DNA from: Mobula hypostoma
Lineage: Eukaryota
Direction: 5' to 3'
Length of the DNA stretch: 64,000 nt
Assembly (NCBI RefSeq): GCF_963921235.1
Contig: NC_086097.1
Location: 103,046,001-103,110,000, forward strand
The translations under genes and the position numbers were made by a program. The notes under the pieces were generated by a model that had not been told where the DNA came from, did not search any database, and saw only the letters and a list, made by a program, of their open reading frames with translations. Position 1 is the first letter of the stretch. Each line of letters starts with the position of its first letter. Positions 26,253-39,889 of this stretch are shown one piece after another.

Positions 26253-28107
26253 GGACCAGGAGAAAGCCTTCGACAGGATATCGCACACGTACATGGCGGA
26301 CGTGCTCTCCAAAATGGGATTTGGGGAGGGAATCCGGAATGGATCAGACTGCTCTACACAGACATCCGTAGTGCAGTCCAGGTTAACGGGTGGGAAACAG
26401 ACAGCTTCCCCATCAGGTCTGGAGTCAGGCAGGGCTGTCCCCTCTCTCCTGTCTTGTTTGTCTGCTGCATAGAACCCTTTGCGGAAGCCATCAGGAGGGA
26501 TGAGGGCATAAGAGGGGTGACGCTGCCAGGCAGTGGAGGGACCCAAGTGAAAACCTCCCTGTACATGGACGACGTCACCGTCTTCTGCTCTGATCCGAGG
26601 TCAGTTCGCAGGTTGATTGGCACCTGCGAACAGTTCGAGCTAGCGTCGGGGGCCAGGGTCAACCGCACGAAGAGCGAAGCCATGCTCTTCGGCAACTGGC
26701 CCGACCGATCCAGCGTCCCCTTCACCATCAGGTCTGACCACGTGAAGGTGTTGGGGATCTGGTTCGGAGGGGCGGAGGCGTGCAACAAGAACTGGCAGGA
26801 GCGGACTGCCAAGGTGAAACAGAAACTGGGACTGTGGGGAGGGCGCTCCCTGTCGATAACGGGCAAGAACCTGGTCATCAGGTGTGAGGTGCTCTCAGGG
26901 CTGCTGTACTTGGCGCAGGTCTGGCCCGTCCCCCGCTCCTACAGCTCGGAAATCACCCGGGCTGTCTTCAGATTCGTCTGGGGATCCAAGATGGAGCGGG
27001 TGAGACGGACCGCCATGCACAAGTCCCTGGACAACGGGGGCAAGAACGTCCCCAATGTCGCCCTCATCCTGATGGCCAGCTTCGTATGTGGCTGCATCAG
27101 GTTGTGTGTAGAGCCCAGGTATGTGGGCATCAAGTACCACTACGTGCCCAGGTTCTACTTGTCGCCCTGGCTACGAAGGATGGGTCTGGCCCCACTCCCG
27201 CGCAACGCCCCAGTCAGCTGGTCGTTGCCGGCATACCTGTCCTACGTAGCAAAGTTCTTCCAGGAGAACGCCTTTGACCACAGGGCCATCAGGCAGTGGT
27301 TGGCACGTAGTGTCCTGCAGGCACTGCAGGAGAAGGACGTGATGGACACAGTGGGGTGGTTCCCTGAGCAGACTGTCCAGTTCATCTGGCAAAATGCCTC
27401 ATCGCCAGATCTAACCAACAGGCACCAAGACCTCGCCTGGCTGGCGGTGAGAGGGGCCCTCCCAGTCAGAGCCCTCCTGTATGCCCGGAACGTCGTCTCC
27501 ACACCCCACTGCCCATGGGAGGACTGCAGTGAGGAGGAGTCTGTGACCCACCTCTTTGCACACTGCCAGTTCGCAAAGAGGGTGTGGAGGAGGATGGACG
27601 GGCTAGTGTCACGGTTTGTCCCCAGCAGCTGCGTAACAGAGGATTCTCTGATCTACGGGCTGTTCCCGGGGACACACACGGAGACCAACGTCCGGTGCTG
27701 CTGGCAGATCATCAACTCGGTGAAAGATGCTCTTTGGTCGGCCCGAAACTTGGTGATCTACCAGCACATGGAGATGTCCGTGGGAGAATGCTGCCGACTG
27801 GCACATTCTCGACTGCAGGAGTACGTGCTGAGGGACGCACTGAAACTTGGTGCAGCCACCGCAAGGGCCCGGTGGGGAAGGACCACAGTATAGCTTTCTC
27901 CACCTGTGGGAGTGGGAGGGGTCGGAGGGCGGGGAGTATACCCCTCAACAATGAAATGATATGGTAAGCTGAACTACTGGAGTGCCACGTGGGTGGCTAT
28001 AAATACGGATATGTACTGTGTATAATGCAAACGTATGTAAAGGATGAAAAGTTATTGAATGGTTTATTGTATATATTTTTGAATAAAGTATATTTTGAAA
28101 TAAAAAA
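26253..28107 (+). mobile_element. Young 5'-truncated Tx1-like (L1 group) LINE
   Basis: LDQEKAFDR, GVRQGCPLSP, YMDD and zf-RVT-like CPWEDC...HLFAHC; open ORF 26454..27893. AATAAA and A-tail; TSD ATCTTCATTGTT (26241-26252 and 28108-28119). Confidence 0.92.
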
Positions 28108-28272
28108 ATCTTCATTGTTTCAGTGCAGGTCTCAGTATCCCAGAGCAACATTTCCTTTCTGAGAAAACAACGGAGTTACAGATGAGATCTGATCAGCACT
28201 TTCTATGACTGATGTATAGCTTTCTGAGTTTGCATTCTAATTCCCTTAAGATAAAGAGCAACATTTAGACTT

Positions 28273-30202
28273 ACACAAAATGCTGGAGGAACTCAACAGG
28301 CCAGGCAGCATCAAGGAAAAGAGTACAGTTAATGTTTCATGCCGAAACCCTTCGGCAGGACTGCAGAGAAAAGCTGAAGAGTAGATTTAAAAGATGTGTG
28401 GAGGGGAGAGCAAAACACAAGCTGATAGTTGAAATCTGGAGGTGGAAGGGTGAAGTAAAGATCTGGGAAGTTGATTGGCGAAAGAGACAGAAAGCCATGG
28501 AAGAAAGAAAAGTGGGGAGGAGAACCAAAGGGAGGCAATGGGTGGGCAAAGAAATAAGGTGAGAGAGGGAAAGGGGGAGGGGAGGCTAGGGGGCATTGTC
28601 AGAGCTTGATTTGGCATGATGTTTCCTCTTGGGATAGAATCTACAACTGGGGTAATAAAGAGGGGTACCACACAAAAAAAACCTAGAAGATCTCAGTAGG
28701 TCAGGTGGCATCCATGGAAATGAATATACACTCAATGTTTTAGTGTAAGACCCTTCATCAGGACTGGAAAGAAAAGAAGCCAGAATAAGAAGCTGAGGGG
28801 AGGGGAAGGTGATAGATGAAGTCAGGTGGGTGGGGGAGAGGGGATGATGTGGGAAGCTGGGTGGGGGGGGTAGTAGGTGGAAAGGTAAAGGGCTAAAGAA
28901 GGAGGAATTTGTTATGGGAGGAGACTGGACTATGGGAGAAAGGAGGAGGAGGTGATAGACAGGCAAGGTGAGGAGAAGAGGCAAGGGGGAGCTAGACTGG
29001 GGAATGGAAGAAGAGGGGAAAGGGAGGGGAGAAAATTATCGGAAGGAGAGGGATCAATGTGCATGTTATCAGACTGGAGGCTATCCAGATGCAATATGAG
29101 CTGTTGCTCCTGTGGTGGCCTCATTGTGGCAGTAGAGGAGACATAGGCTGACATGTCTGAATGGGAGTGGAATTTGGAATTAAAATGCTTGGCCACTGGG
29201 AAATCCTTTTTTCTGCAGTGGAGCAAAAGTACTCTGCAAAGCGGTCCCCAATCTACATTGGGTCTCACCAATGTAGAGGAGGCCGCATTGGGAACAGTAG
29301 AAGACCCTAACAGACATGTTGCCTCACTTGGAAGGAATATTTGGGGTCCTGAATGGAGGTGAATGGGTAGGTGTAGCATGTCTTCCCCCCCCTCCCAAGT
29401 GGAAGAAGTGCTACATCTGCCCATTCACCTCCTCCCTTACCTCCATTCAGAGCCCCAAACAGTCCACCCATGTGAGATAACTCTTCACCTGCAAAGCTGG
29501 TGGGGTTGTCCAGTGTATCCAGCGCTCCTGATGTGACCTCTTCTACGTTCGTGAGACCTGATGTAGATTGGGGGGGCCACTTTGTTGAGCACCTTCACTC
29601 CATCTGCAAAAAGCAGAATTTCCTATGGTTAACCGCTTTAATTCCAATCTGCACTCCCGTCCCAACAAGTCTGCTCCTGGCCTCCTCTACTGCCACGATG
29701 AGGCCACTCTCGACTGGGAGAAGCAACACTTGGAAGCCTTCAACTTGTTGGCACGATTATTGATTTCTCTAACTTCCAGTAATTTCTTCCCTCCCCCTTC
29801 CCTTTTTAAAAAATTTTCCACTCTGTCTCCCCCCATACCTCTTACTTCACCTCACCTGCTTATCACTAATCCCTTGTGCCCCTTCTTCATCCTTTTCTCC
29901 CATGTCCACTTCACTCTCCTATCAGATTCTTCCTTCAGCCTTTAGGTTTTCCACTATCGCCTCCCAGGATCTCTCCCCCACCCACCTGGCTTCACCTATT
30001 ACCTTCTAGCTTGTACTCCTTTCTGCACACACCCCCATCATCTTATTCTACTTTCTTCTTCCTTTCCTTTCCAGTCCTGCTGAAGTGTCTAGATCCAAAA
30101 TATTGACTGTTTATTCCTTTCCATAGATGCTGCCTGACCTGTTGATTTCTCCAGAAATTTGTGTGTTACTCTGGATTTTGAGCATCTGCAGAATTGCTTG
30201 TG
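28273..30202. mobile_element. Penelope-like element array: two tandem minus-strand pseudo-LTRs plus an inverted plus-strand copy
   Basis: Degenerate GIY-YIG endonuclease remnants on both strands (FVEHLHSICKK, FPVAKHFNSKFHSHSDMS, LLYCHDEATL), inversion point near 29390. Three decayed hammerhead motifs. Confidence 0.8.
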
Positions 30203-31014
30203 GTAATAATAAAGGGCTGCCCATTTAAGAGAGGTGTGGTGAATTTTCTTTCCAAAGACTGTTGGCCTTTGGTGGGTGCTAACTTTACAAATACTTTTTA
30301 AGGCAAAGATAGATAGTTGATGAGCAAAGGGTGAAGGTTACTCTGGGCAATTGAAAATATAGAGTTGAAGTTGAATGGCAAAGCAGGCTTGAGGGGCTGG
30401 GTACACTAGTCTGTTCCTAATCTCTACAAGTGTATGTACTACTTATTGTGCAAAAATCAGTAGATGGTGCACCTGGACTGAAGTGCCTAATTCATAATAC
30501 AATACAGAGTAAAATTATGTAATCAATAATAGTTTATTAATTAATTTCTTGGCTGTGGGAGGGGATTAGAATCTTCCTTTGGGAAATCTTATATAAGGGT
30601 TATAGAGGTTTGGGCACTATGTATAGGAGACATTGGCTAGGGTATTTTACACTGCATGAATCTTTCTCTAAATATTAACAAAATTACTTCTCTCCCCTCC
30701 CATTTTGCACACCATATGTGGTCACTCAGCATGAAAGGAATATTTTCATCTTCGTTTGTAGGTCCAGAGTGCAAAACCTCTCAATCTGTTGAGCTCACTT
30801 TTCAATATCCTTTAACCATCAACAAATTTTGTTATGCCTTCTAACTTTATGATCCGAAATCCTGCAAATATAGTTCTGTCTTTCTTCAAGTTGCATTTGT
30901 GGGTAAAAGCTGTAGACGAAGATTCAATCCCTGAGATATGCCGCTTAATGAGTCTGAACTCCATGATCTTGTCACTTATTGCCCAAACAATCACTTATTT
31001 TATCACTTTTTTTT

Positions 31015-31510
31015 AGAACATAGAACAGTACAGCATAGGAACAGGCCATTCAGCCCACAATGTTGTGCCATTCCAGCTAAAAAGCAAGTTAAAAACACCC
31101 AAATACTAATCCCACCTTCCTACATACTATGTCCATATCCCTCCATCTTACTTGTATTCATTTCTCTATTTAAACGTCTCTTAAAAGCCTTTAATGTATT
31201 TGCTTGTACACCATACAAGACATCTATGACACTGAGTTTTTAAAAAAAAACTTGCCCTTCATGTCCCCCTTAATCCTACCTTCTCTCACCTTCAGTGCAT
31301 GCCCTCTAGTATTAGACATTTCAACCGTGGAAAACAAATACTGTCTGTCTACTCTATCTATGCCTCTCATAATCTTGTAAACCTCTATCTAACATCTGAT
31401 GCTCCAGAGAAAACAACCCGTTTGTCTAGCCTCTTGTGATAGCACATGCCCCCTAAACCAAGCAGCATCCTGGTAAATCTCTTCTGCACCCTCTCCAAAG
31501 CCTCTCCACT
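31015..31510 (-). mobile_element. CR1 3' fragment
   Basis: CR1 3' tail (agaacatagaacagtacagca) and C-terminal ORF2 remnants. Confidence 0.75.
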
Positions 31511-32034
31511 TTTTCTCAGTGATTTTGCTGATTAGAAATATTCTTGCGAGCAAAGAATATTTGTATTTGGCAGAGTTTTGCACAGAAGAACGTCCTTCAA
31601 ATGTTATTTACAGCAAAACTATTTATCCTTGTCATTACTTTTCGGACCGCTGCAGAGATTTTTACAGTCCTTGATAAATTCTTGACAAGGCTTTGTGAAT
31701 TGGTATAGTTTGTGCAGATTAAAATGTCAATGCATTCTATTATCTAGATCAAAAATGGTTTTAAGAACTGAGCTATTTTGACAATTGTCTAAGGGAAGGG
31801 GTTTATGAGCATAACAGATTTACGTTGCTTAGATGCATCATATTCTAAGTAATCTGTGTGGATTTAAGGCTAGTGAATTGGTGCATGCAGTGTTTTAAAG
31901 GTGTCAAAATAGCAGACTTTGTATCTAAGCTAAGTTTTAACATACTTGAAATAAAGCCTTAAATTGCTGGAGTTACTCAGCAGAACAGGCAGCAACTGTA
32001 GAGAGGGGAACTTAAGTTAATGTTTAAGGAAAAA

Positions 32035-32660
32035 TCAGATTTATTATTATTGACATATGTTGTGAAATTTGTTGTTTTGTGGCAGCAGTATAGTATAAGA
32101 GATTTAAAAAAAATAGTTCAAAGGGGGAATAATGAGGCAGTGTTCATGGACCTTTCAGAAAGCTGACGGTAGAGTGCAAGAGGCTGTTGCTGAAACATCG
32201 AGTGTGGGTCTTCAGCCTCTTGTACCACCTCCCTGATGGTAGTAATGAAAAGAGGGCATATCCTGGGTGGTGAGAATCATTAGTAATTGATGCTGCTTTC
32301 TTGAGGCACCGCCTACTGAAGAAATCCTCTGGTAGGGATGCTCATGCCTGTTATGGAGCTGCTGAGTCAACAGCCCTCGGCAGCTTCTTTTGATCCTATG
32401 CATTTGAAGCCTCCACTCCAGGCAGTAATGCAACCAGTCAGAATGCTCTCCATAGTGCATCTGTAGAAATTTGCCAAAATCTTTGGTGACTTTACCAAAT
32501 CTCGTCAAACTCCTAATGAAGCATAGTCTCTGCTGTGTATTGTGTGATCAATGCAATATTGATCATATTGCATCAATATGATAGGTCCAGGATAGATCTT
32601 CTGAGATTTCAATGCCCAAGAACCCGAAGCTGCTCATCCTTTCCACTACTGACCCCAAAA
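32035..32660 (-). mobile_element. Rex1-like LINE fragment
   Basis: Homologous to the other copies at 20160-20640 and 42590-43100. Confidence 0.75.
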
Positions 32661-32706
32661 TGAGAATTGGTGGGCATCACTTTTCATCAGAATGCAGTGT
32701 GCCTGA

Positions 32707-32904
32707 GCTCCTATCATTTTGGATCTCCCCCTCCAACTTTCAAATCCCTTACTCACTCTTCCTTCAGTTAGTCCTGATGAAGGGTCTCGGCCTGAAACGT
32801 TGACTGCACCTCTTCCTACAGATGCTGCCTGGCCTGCTGCGTTCACCAGCAACTTTTATGTGTGTTGCTTGAATTTCCAGCATCTGCAGAATTCCTGTTG
32901 TTTG
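32707..32904 (+). mobile_element. Penelope-derived pseudo-LTR fragment (young)
   Basis: Same sequence family as the arms at 23128-23355 and 47979-48176. Confidence 0.8.
32769..32806 (+). ncRNA. Minimal type I hammerhead ribozyme motif
   Basis: TAGTC-CTGATGA-AGGGTCTCGGCCT-GAAA-CG-TT-GACTG: stem I, CUGANGA box, stem II, GAAA box, 1-bp stem III and NUH site. Activity untested. Confidence 0.75.
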
Positions 32905-33174
32905 CTGGGTGTCTCCAGTCTTTTTAAATTTCAGGTTTCTAGCATCTGCACTTTTTTGCTCTTCATTTAATGTGTGAGTTTTTCATTTCAAACAAAGTAT
33001 TGGTGAAAATATTATTCCAGAAATCTTCATAGGTGAAACTTTTCACTTCACTTTGAAATTTATGGAAGTGCTTGGACCAGGGATTCTACAAATTGAACAT
33101 GGAGTCCATGGACCCGAATTTGAGAACCCCTGACTTTGACTAGTGCTTCCAGATTAATTGAAACAAGACAATCC

Positions 33175-36100
33175 TTAGAGTCATAGAAAAGTACAGCACA
33201 GAAGCAGACCCTTTGGTCTTTCTAGTCCACGGTGAGCCACTCCCATTGGCCTGCACCGCGACCTACCATCGAAGTACCTATCCTAACTTCTCTTAAACAT
33301 TGAAATCAAGCATGCATGCATGCACCAGTTTTGCTGGCAGCTTGTTCTAAGCTCTCACTACCCTCTGAGTCGAATAAGCTTCCCTTCATGTTCCCCTTAA
33401 ACTTTTCACCTTTCACCCTTAACCCATGACCTCTGGTTGTAGTCCTGCCCACCTCAGTGGAAAAAGCCTGTTTGCATTTACTCTAGCTATATCCCTCATA
33501 ATTTGTGTACCTCTATCAATCTCCTTTCAGTCTTCTGTGCTCCAAGAAATAAAGTCCTAACTTAATTCAATCTTTACTGATAACTTGGGTCCTTCAGACT
33601 CGGCAACATCCTTGTAAATTTTCTCTGTAATCTTTCAACTTTATTTACGTCTTTCCTGTAGCTAGGTGACCAAAACTGCACACACCGTTCCAAATTGGGT
33701 CTCACCCAATGTCTTATACAATTTCAAAATAACACCCCATCCCCTGTACTCAATATTTTGATTTTTGAAGGCCAAAAGCTTTCTTTGTGATCCCATCTAA
33801 CTGCGACACCACTTAGGTGCATTAATAGACCTGTATTTCCAGATCCCTCTGTTCTACCACACTCCTCAGTGCCCTATCATGCACTGTATGAGACCTCCCC
33901 TGGTTGGTCCTATTGAAGTGCAACACCTCGCACTTGTCTGCATTAAATTCCATCTGCCATTTTTCAGCCCATTTTTCCAGCTGGCCCAGATCCCACTACA
34001 AACCATGATGGCCTTCCTCGCTGTCCACTACACCCCTAATCGTAGTGTCAAATGCCAATTGCTGATCCATTTAACCAGCTTATCATCCAGATCGTTGATG
34101 TAGATGACAAACAACAAAGGACCCAGCACCGATCCCTGCGGCACTCCACTAGTCACAGGCCTTTAGTTAGAGAGGCAACCATGCGCTACCACTCTCTGGA
34201 TTCTCCACAAAGCCAATGTCTAATCCAGTTTACTACCTCATCTTGAATACCAAGCAACTGAATCTTCGTGACCAACCTCCCACCCCAGACCTTGTCAAAT
34301 GCCTTACTGAAATCCACATAGACAGCTTGCATTGATCAACTTTCCTGGTCACTTCCTCAAAAAGCTCTCTAAGATTGGCTCAACATGACCTGCCATGCTG
34401 ACCATCCTTAATCAGTCCATGTCTATCCAAATACTTATATATTCAGTTCCTTAGAATACCTTCCAATAACTTTCCCTCTACTGATGTCAGGCTCACGGGT
34501 TTATAATTTCCTGGATTATTTTTAGAGCATTTCTGAACTGCGGAACAACAGTGGCTATCCTCCAATCCTCTGATGCACGTAACCTGTCGTTAGGGATGAT
34601 TTAAAATCTCTCCTAGGAACTGGCAGTTTCTGCACTTGCCTCCCGCAGGGTGTGAGGGAATACCTTTTCAGGCCCTGGGGTTTTATCCACCCTAAACTAA
34701 TTTGCCTCAGGACATCAAGCATCTCCTCCTCTATAATCTGTATAGGGTCCATGCAGTTGATGCTGCTTTGTCTCACTTTGATGGACTTTGCCCATCCCCA
34801 GAGTAAACACAGATGCAAAAGATCCATTTAAAATCTCTCCCATCTCTTCTGGCTCCACACATGGTTTACCATTCTGATCTTCCAGAGGACCAATCTTGTG
34901 CCTTGCAATCCTTTTTGCTCTTAACGTATCTATAGAATCCCTTCGGATTCACCTTCACCTAGTCTGCTAGGGCAACTTCAAGCCGCCTTATAGTTGTTCT
35001 GTTTTTTTGACTTAAGTGTTCTCCTGTATTTCTTATACTCTATAAGCACTCCCTTTGTTCCTACCTGCCTGTATCTACTATGCACCTCTTTGTTTTTCTT
35101 AACCACGGCCAAAATATTAAATGAAAACCAAGGTTCCCTACACCTGTTATCTTTACCTTTTATTTTGATAAGCTTTGTACTCTCAAATTTTCACTTTTGA
35201 AGGCTCCCACTTGTCAAGTACACTTTTGCCAGAAGCCAGCCTGTCCCAATCCCCAAATGCCCGATCTTTTCTGATACCATCAAAATTGGCCTCACTCCAA
35301 GATAGAAACTCTACCCATGGACTTGACCTATCTTTTTCCGTATTTGCTTTGAAACTAATGGCATTGTGATCACTAAATGCAAAGTGTTCCCCTACTCAAA
35401 CTTCTGTCACCTGCACTGCCTCATTCCCTTATAGCAGTTCGAGAATCACACACTCTTTTGTTGGGACTTTCATGTATTGATTATGGAAGCCATTTGCACA
35501 TTTGACACAAACTATCCCATCTAGTCCTTTTAAAATATGGGAGTCCCAGTCAATATATGTAAAGTTTAAAATCACCTACTATAACTACCTTGTGTTTCTT
35601 AAAACAGTCTGCAATCTCTCTGCAAATTTGTTCCTTTAATTCTCTTTGAATATACCCCCATTAAAGTGGTCATACTTTTCTTCTTTCTCAGTTCCACCCA
35701 TAATGCCTCATTAAACACGTTCTCCAGTCTGACCAACTGAGCACTTCCGTGACATTTTCCCTGACTAGTAACGCCACCTCCTTCTCCTTTTAATCCTTCG
35801 AGCTCTGTCACGTTGAAAACAATGGAACCCTGGAATAATGAGCTGCCAGTCCTGCCCTTCCTGCAACCAAAGCTACAATATCATAATTTCAGGTGTTGAT
35901 CCATACCCTGTCTTTCTTATGATACTTCTTGCTTTGAAATATGTGCAGCTCAGGACATTAATCACACTATGCTCAACCTTTTGGTTCCTGACTTTGTCTG
36001 AGGTTTTACCAACATCTGTCTCCACAACCTTTCCACTAACTGTTCTGGCACTCTGGTTTGTATCCCCCTGCAACTCTAGTTTAAACCCCACTGTGCAGCA

Positions 36101-37370
36101 ATAGCAAACCTTTCCAGTAGGATATTAGTCCCCTTCTAGTCCTGGTCCAAACCTCCTCTTCTGTATAGATCCCAACTTCCCTGGAAGAGAGCCCAATGAT
36201 CAAAAATCTTATGCCCTCCCTCCTACAGCAACTCCTTAGCCATGTGTTAAACTATATAATCTTCCTACTTCTGGGCTCACTAGCATGTGACATGGGTAGC
36301 AATCCTGAGATCACAACTTTGGAGGTTCTGCTGTTTAACTTGGCACCTAACTCCCTGAACTCCCTATGGAGAACCTCATCGCTCTTCCTACATATGTCAT
36401 TGATACCTACATGAACCACGACCTCTGGATGCTCACCCTCCCTCTTCGGACTTGATCTGAGATGACCTGGACCCTGGCACCAGGAAGGCAACGTACCATT
36501 GGGTAATCTAGTTCTCATCAACAGAACCTCTTTTCCATTCCCCGAACTAATGAATCTTTTATCTCCTATCACCACTGCTCACCTCTCCCCCGCCACCCCC
36601 ACCCTTCCCTTCTAAATTGCAGAGTCAGATTCAGTGCCAGAGACCTGACCACTGTGACTTTCCTCTGCTAGGTCATTTCTCCCCACCAACAGTATCCAAA
36701 GTGACATTGTTGAGGGGGATGGCCACAGGGGTACTCTGCACTGGCTCCTTAACCCCTTTCCCCTTCCTGACTGTCACCCAGTTTCCTGTGTCCTACATCT
36801 TGGGTGTAACTACCTCTCTATATGTCCTGCCTGTCACCCCTCAGCCTCCCGAATGATCTGGAGTTCATCCAGTTCCAGTTCCACCAACTCCTTAATGCAA
36901 AGTGTTAGAAGCTGCAATTGCATGCACTTGCATGCACTTGTAGGTGTAGTTGTCGAGATGTGGGGGCGTCTCCTGCCTTCCCACATCCCACAGGAGGAAC
37001 ATTCCTCCACCCTACCTGGCATCTCTCTGTTCTAACTGAAGAAATATAAAGAAGACAGAACAATAAACTGTGGGGGTGGGGGGGTGGGGGACTCTTACCT
37101 ACAGCTTTTGCCTTCTCTCACTGAAGCATTGAAGAGCTAATGCCTCAAAATCCCCACCCTAACTGTCCATCCAACGATAGCTGCTCCGCTTGCCCATGTT
37201 TACTTTAATTTGTTCTTGCTAATCAATCCTGAACCCTGATTAGGCGCTGCTCAAAGCTTCACACTGCTGTGAGTCACTGCCTTTTCAGCTTCTCAGGCTT
37301 CAGATCTCTCCGACTGGATGCAGCTCAAAGCTCCAAATTGCCGTACGTTGCTGCCTTTTCTACTCAGTTG
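33175..37370 (-). mobile_element. Near full-span decayed CR1 LINE (ORF1 zinc finger and SGNH esterase, ORF2, 3' tail)
   Basis: ORF1 motifs ECSSCGMWE and PEVVVHVGINDI...VVISGLLP; endonuclease EALWVELRKKK; RT remnants at 33500-34800. Confidence 0.88.
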
Positions 37371-37546
37371 GCAAAGCCTGTACCTCCATTACAGTCCTCT
37401 ATGTTTATTGTGTCATTTTGTTGTCTGAGTTATAAATTATAATCTACTGTATGGTGTGACACCATTGTACTGTGTAGGCCTCTGAATAATTAACACTATT
37501 GGTCAAATTGTGTCAGGGGTTTTTCAGTTGATCTTTTCTGTGCTAG

Positions 37547-37684
<138 letters not shown>

Positions 37685-39889
37685 TAAACTATTAATAAAT
37701 TGTTTTATCACCTTATTCTTTAAGTACCTAATCTATGGAGAATAGTTCATTCTGTTTAATTAATTACTTGGTCACATAAGGTGGTCAAATCTCTCTTGGG
37801 GAATTATTTCTGTGGGTTATTGTGGCTTGTGTCACTATGTATGAGTTCTATTAATGAGGTTGTTTAGCACAGCATGTGCATATTTTTAAAAATATATAAA
37901 TGAGATTATTATTGAACTTTCCTATAATATTGGTACAACAATAATGGAATTATTCTTTGTCTAATAAAGTGATCTTGCAGGTACTTTTTTTTAAAAAAAA
38001 AGGAAATTGGATTTTTGTCCTTTGAGCCCACCTTAATGACCCGTGGCTGAGTATCTTCTCCATTTCCATTGTATTTTGTGTCCACGACATTTTAATGATA
38101 TGTATACATTAACGTTTCTTTGAACCTCTACTGCTTTTTGTTTTTTTAGATTTTTACCATTTGGAAAATACTATATGCTGTCTTTTATATCTAGATAGGA
38201 TAAACTCAGATTGTCTGTGCATAGATTCATATTCTGTAGTTCTGCTTGTGCATTGAATCTTTTAATATCTTCTCTTACAGTGCTGCTTATTTTGACCCCA
38301 CAAAAGTCAATATCATGACGATGTTAAATAAAGTTCTGACCCGTTTCTTTATTTATTTTTGTAATTTGCACCTATCCTAACATTGACTTTGAGGGGATAT
38401 CCTATTGACAGGCAGTCTTAGTTAGTACCCAATTTGTTTCTGTTTAAATTCACCCACACGTTTTGACATCCTGGACATTTAATGTTTTGTCCTATGTCTT
38501 CTAGTTGGAAAGACTTGCTGTGGGTGTTACAGTAAGCATACAAGATGCACTGATCTCACTATATAGGCTCGTGTGCATAGAATACATTAGCAATTTCTGT
38601 AAAACAAGTTTGCTTTGGGAGCTTTGGAATTTACCGTAAAGCGTAGATGAAAACTCATAATATAGTTTCAAGAAGTGGAAATCATCATTAAAAACACTTG
38701 ATGAGGGAAGGACACAAAGAAATATAAGTTGTGTTGGAAAATTAAAGAACACTGAAAGTAATAAGGGAAAACCTGAGACCGGGGAATGCATGCTAATTCT
38801 AGAAAGAAGCAAAGCTCAAATAGTTTGCAGTCAGGGAAGGAGGAGCTCTTTGAGTTAAAGCTGATTCAGGTATGGCTTGAACAAAAGAAAGACGAGAGAA
38901 AGCTGAAAGATTTGCAAAGAAAATGGATGTATAAAACATTAGTCCCAACAATAGCATATTTTTCAGATTGAAAATTGTGACATCATCTGATCTACAAGCA
39001 GCTTTATGGTGAAGGTTTATCTTCGCCACTTCAGCCTGTATGACTAGTGTATTCAATAGCTTATTACAATCTTCAATTCCGATGGTACTGTTCTTTATAT
39101 AAATGCCAGGTAAAGCTTACCAGGGTGTTGGTCATGTTAACCAAACATTTGGATATCCTTTCTTATTTCTATAAACATATAGAGAATTGAAAGTCATAGT
39201 TTATTACCAATAATCAGGATCAAAGGGTCAAGATACTTCAACTATGGTAATCAGTTGATAATCAGATGTACAGCAAATACTGTAAAAGATTTGGATGGCA
39301 TCAATAATTCTTTTACTTAATAGTTTTGGTCACTTGGTTGCTACATACAGTTCCAGAATTGCAAGATCCTTACGCAGGTCCCCACTGATCTCATCCGGAG
39401 TGTTTGCATACAAAGCAATCAACTTTTCTTTCTGCTTTTCAGCCAGTTTCCAAACAAGATCATTAATTTACTTTTAATTCCATTTGTTAGAGATTTTGCT
39501 GATGGTCTCCCTTTGGAGCTTTATGAAGTGGCTTATGGAATTTGTTACTAAAAAAAACTGGTTATTTTTCAATCCAGTTCATCAGTCATTTTAAATCTGG
39601 TTTGCAGGGCTTGACGTAACTTTTTGAAAATATCCATGGGATCTTTTGAAGTTTAGTTTGGTGTGATGCAAAATACTCTTTTTGCTGCTTGTTTTTATTA
39701 TCGCCATTGTTTGCAGAGTCTTTAATCTCTTCAGTTTCTTTATTGAAAACATCCTCTTGACATCCCTCTATCCAGTCCTTTCAATAATTGGTAGGTTTCA
39801 GTGAGATTCTCCCCTCATTTGGAGGGTCATCTTAACACCTGTGAGTATAGGTACAAAGTCATCAAATGATAACCATTTCATTCCCAGTA

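Noticed and set aside
26354..27951. Overlapping antisense ORFs
   Set aside because: Shadow frames expected opposite a GC-rich RT ORF.
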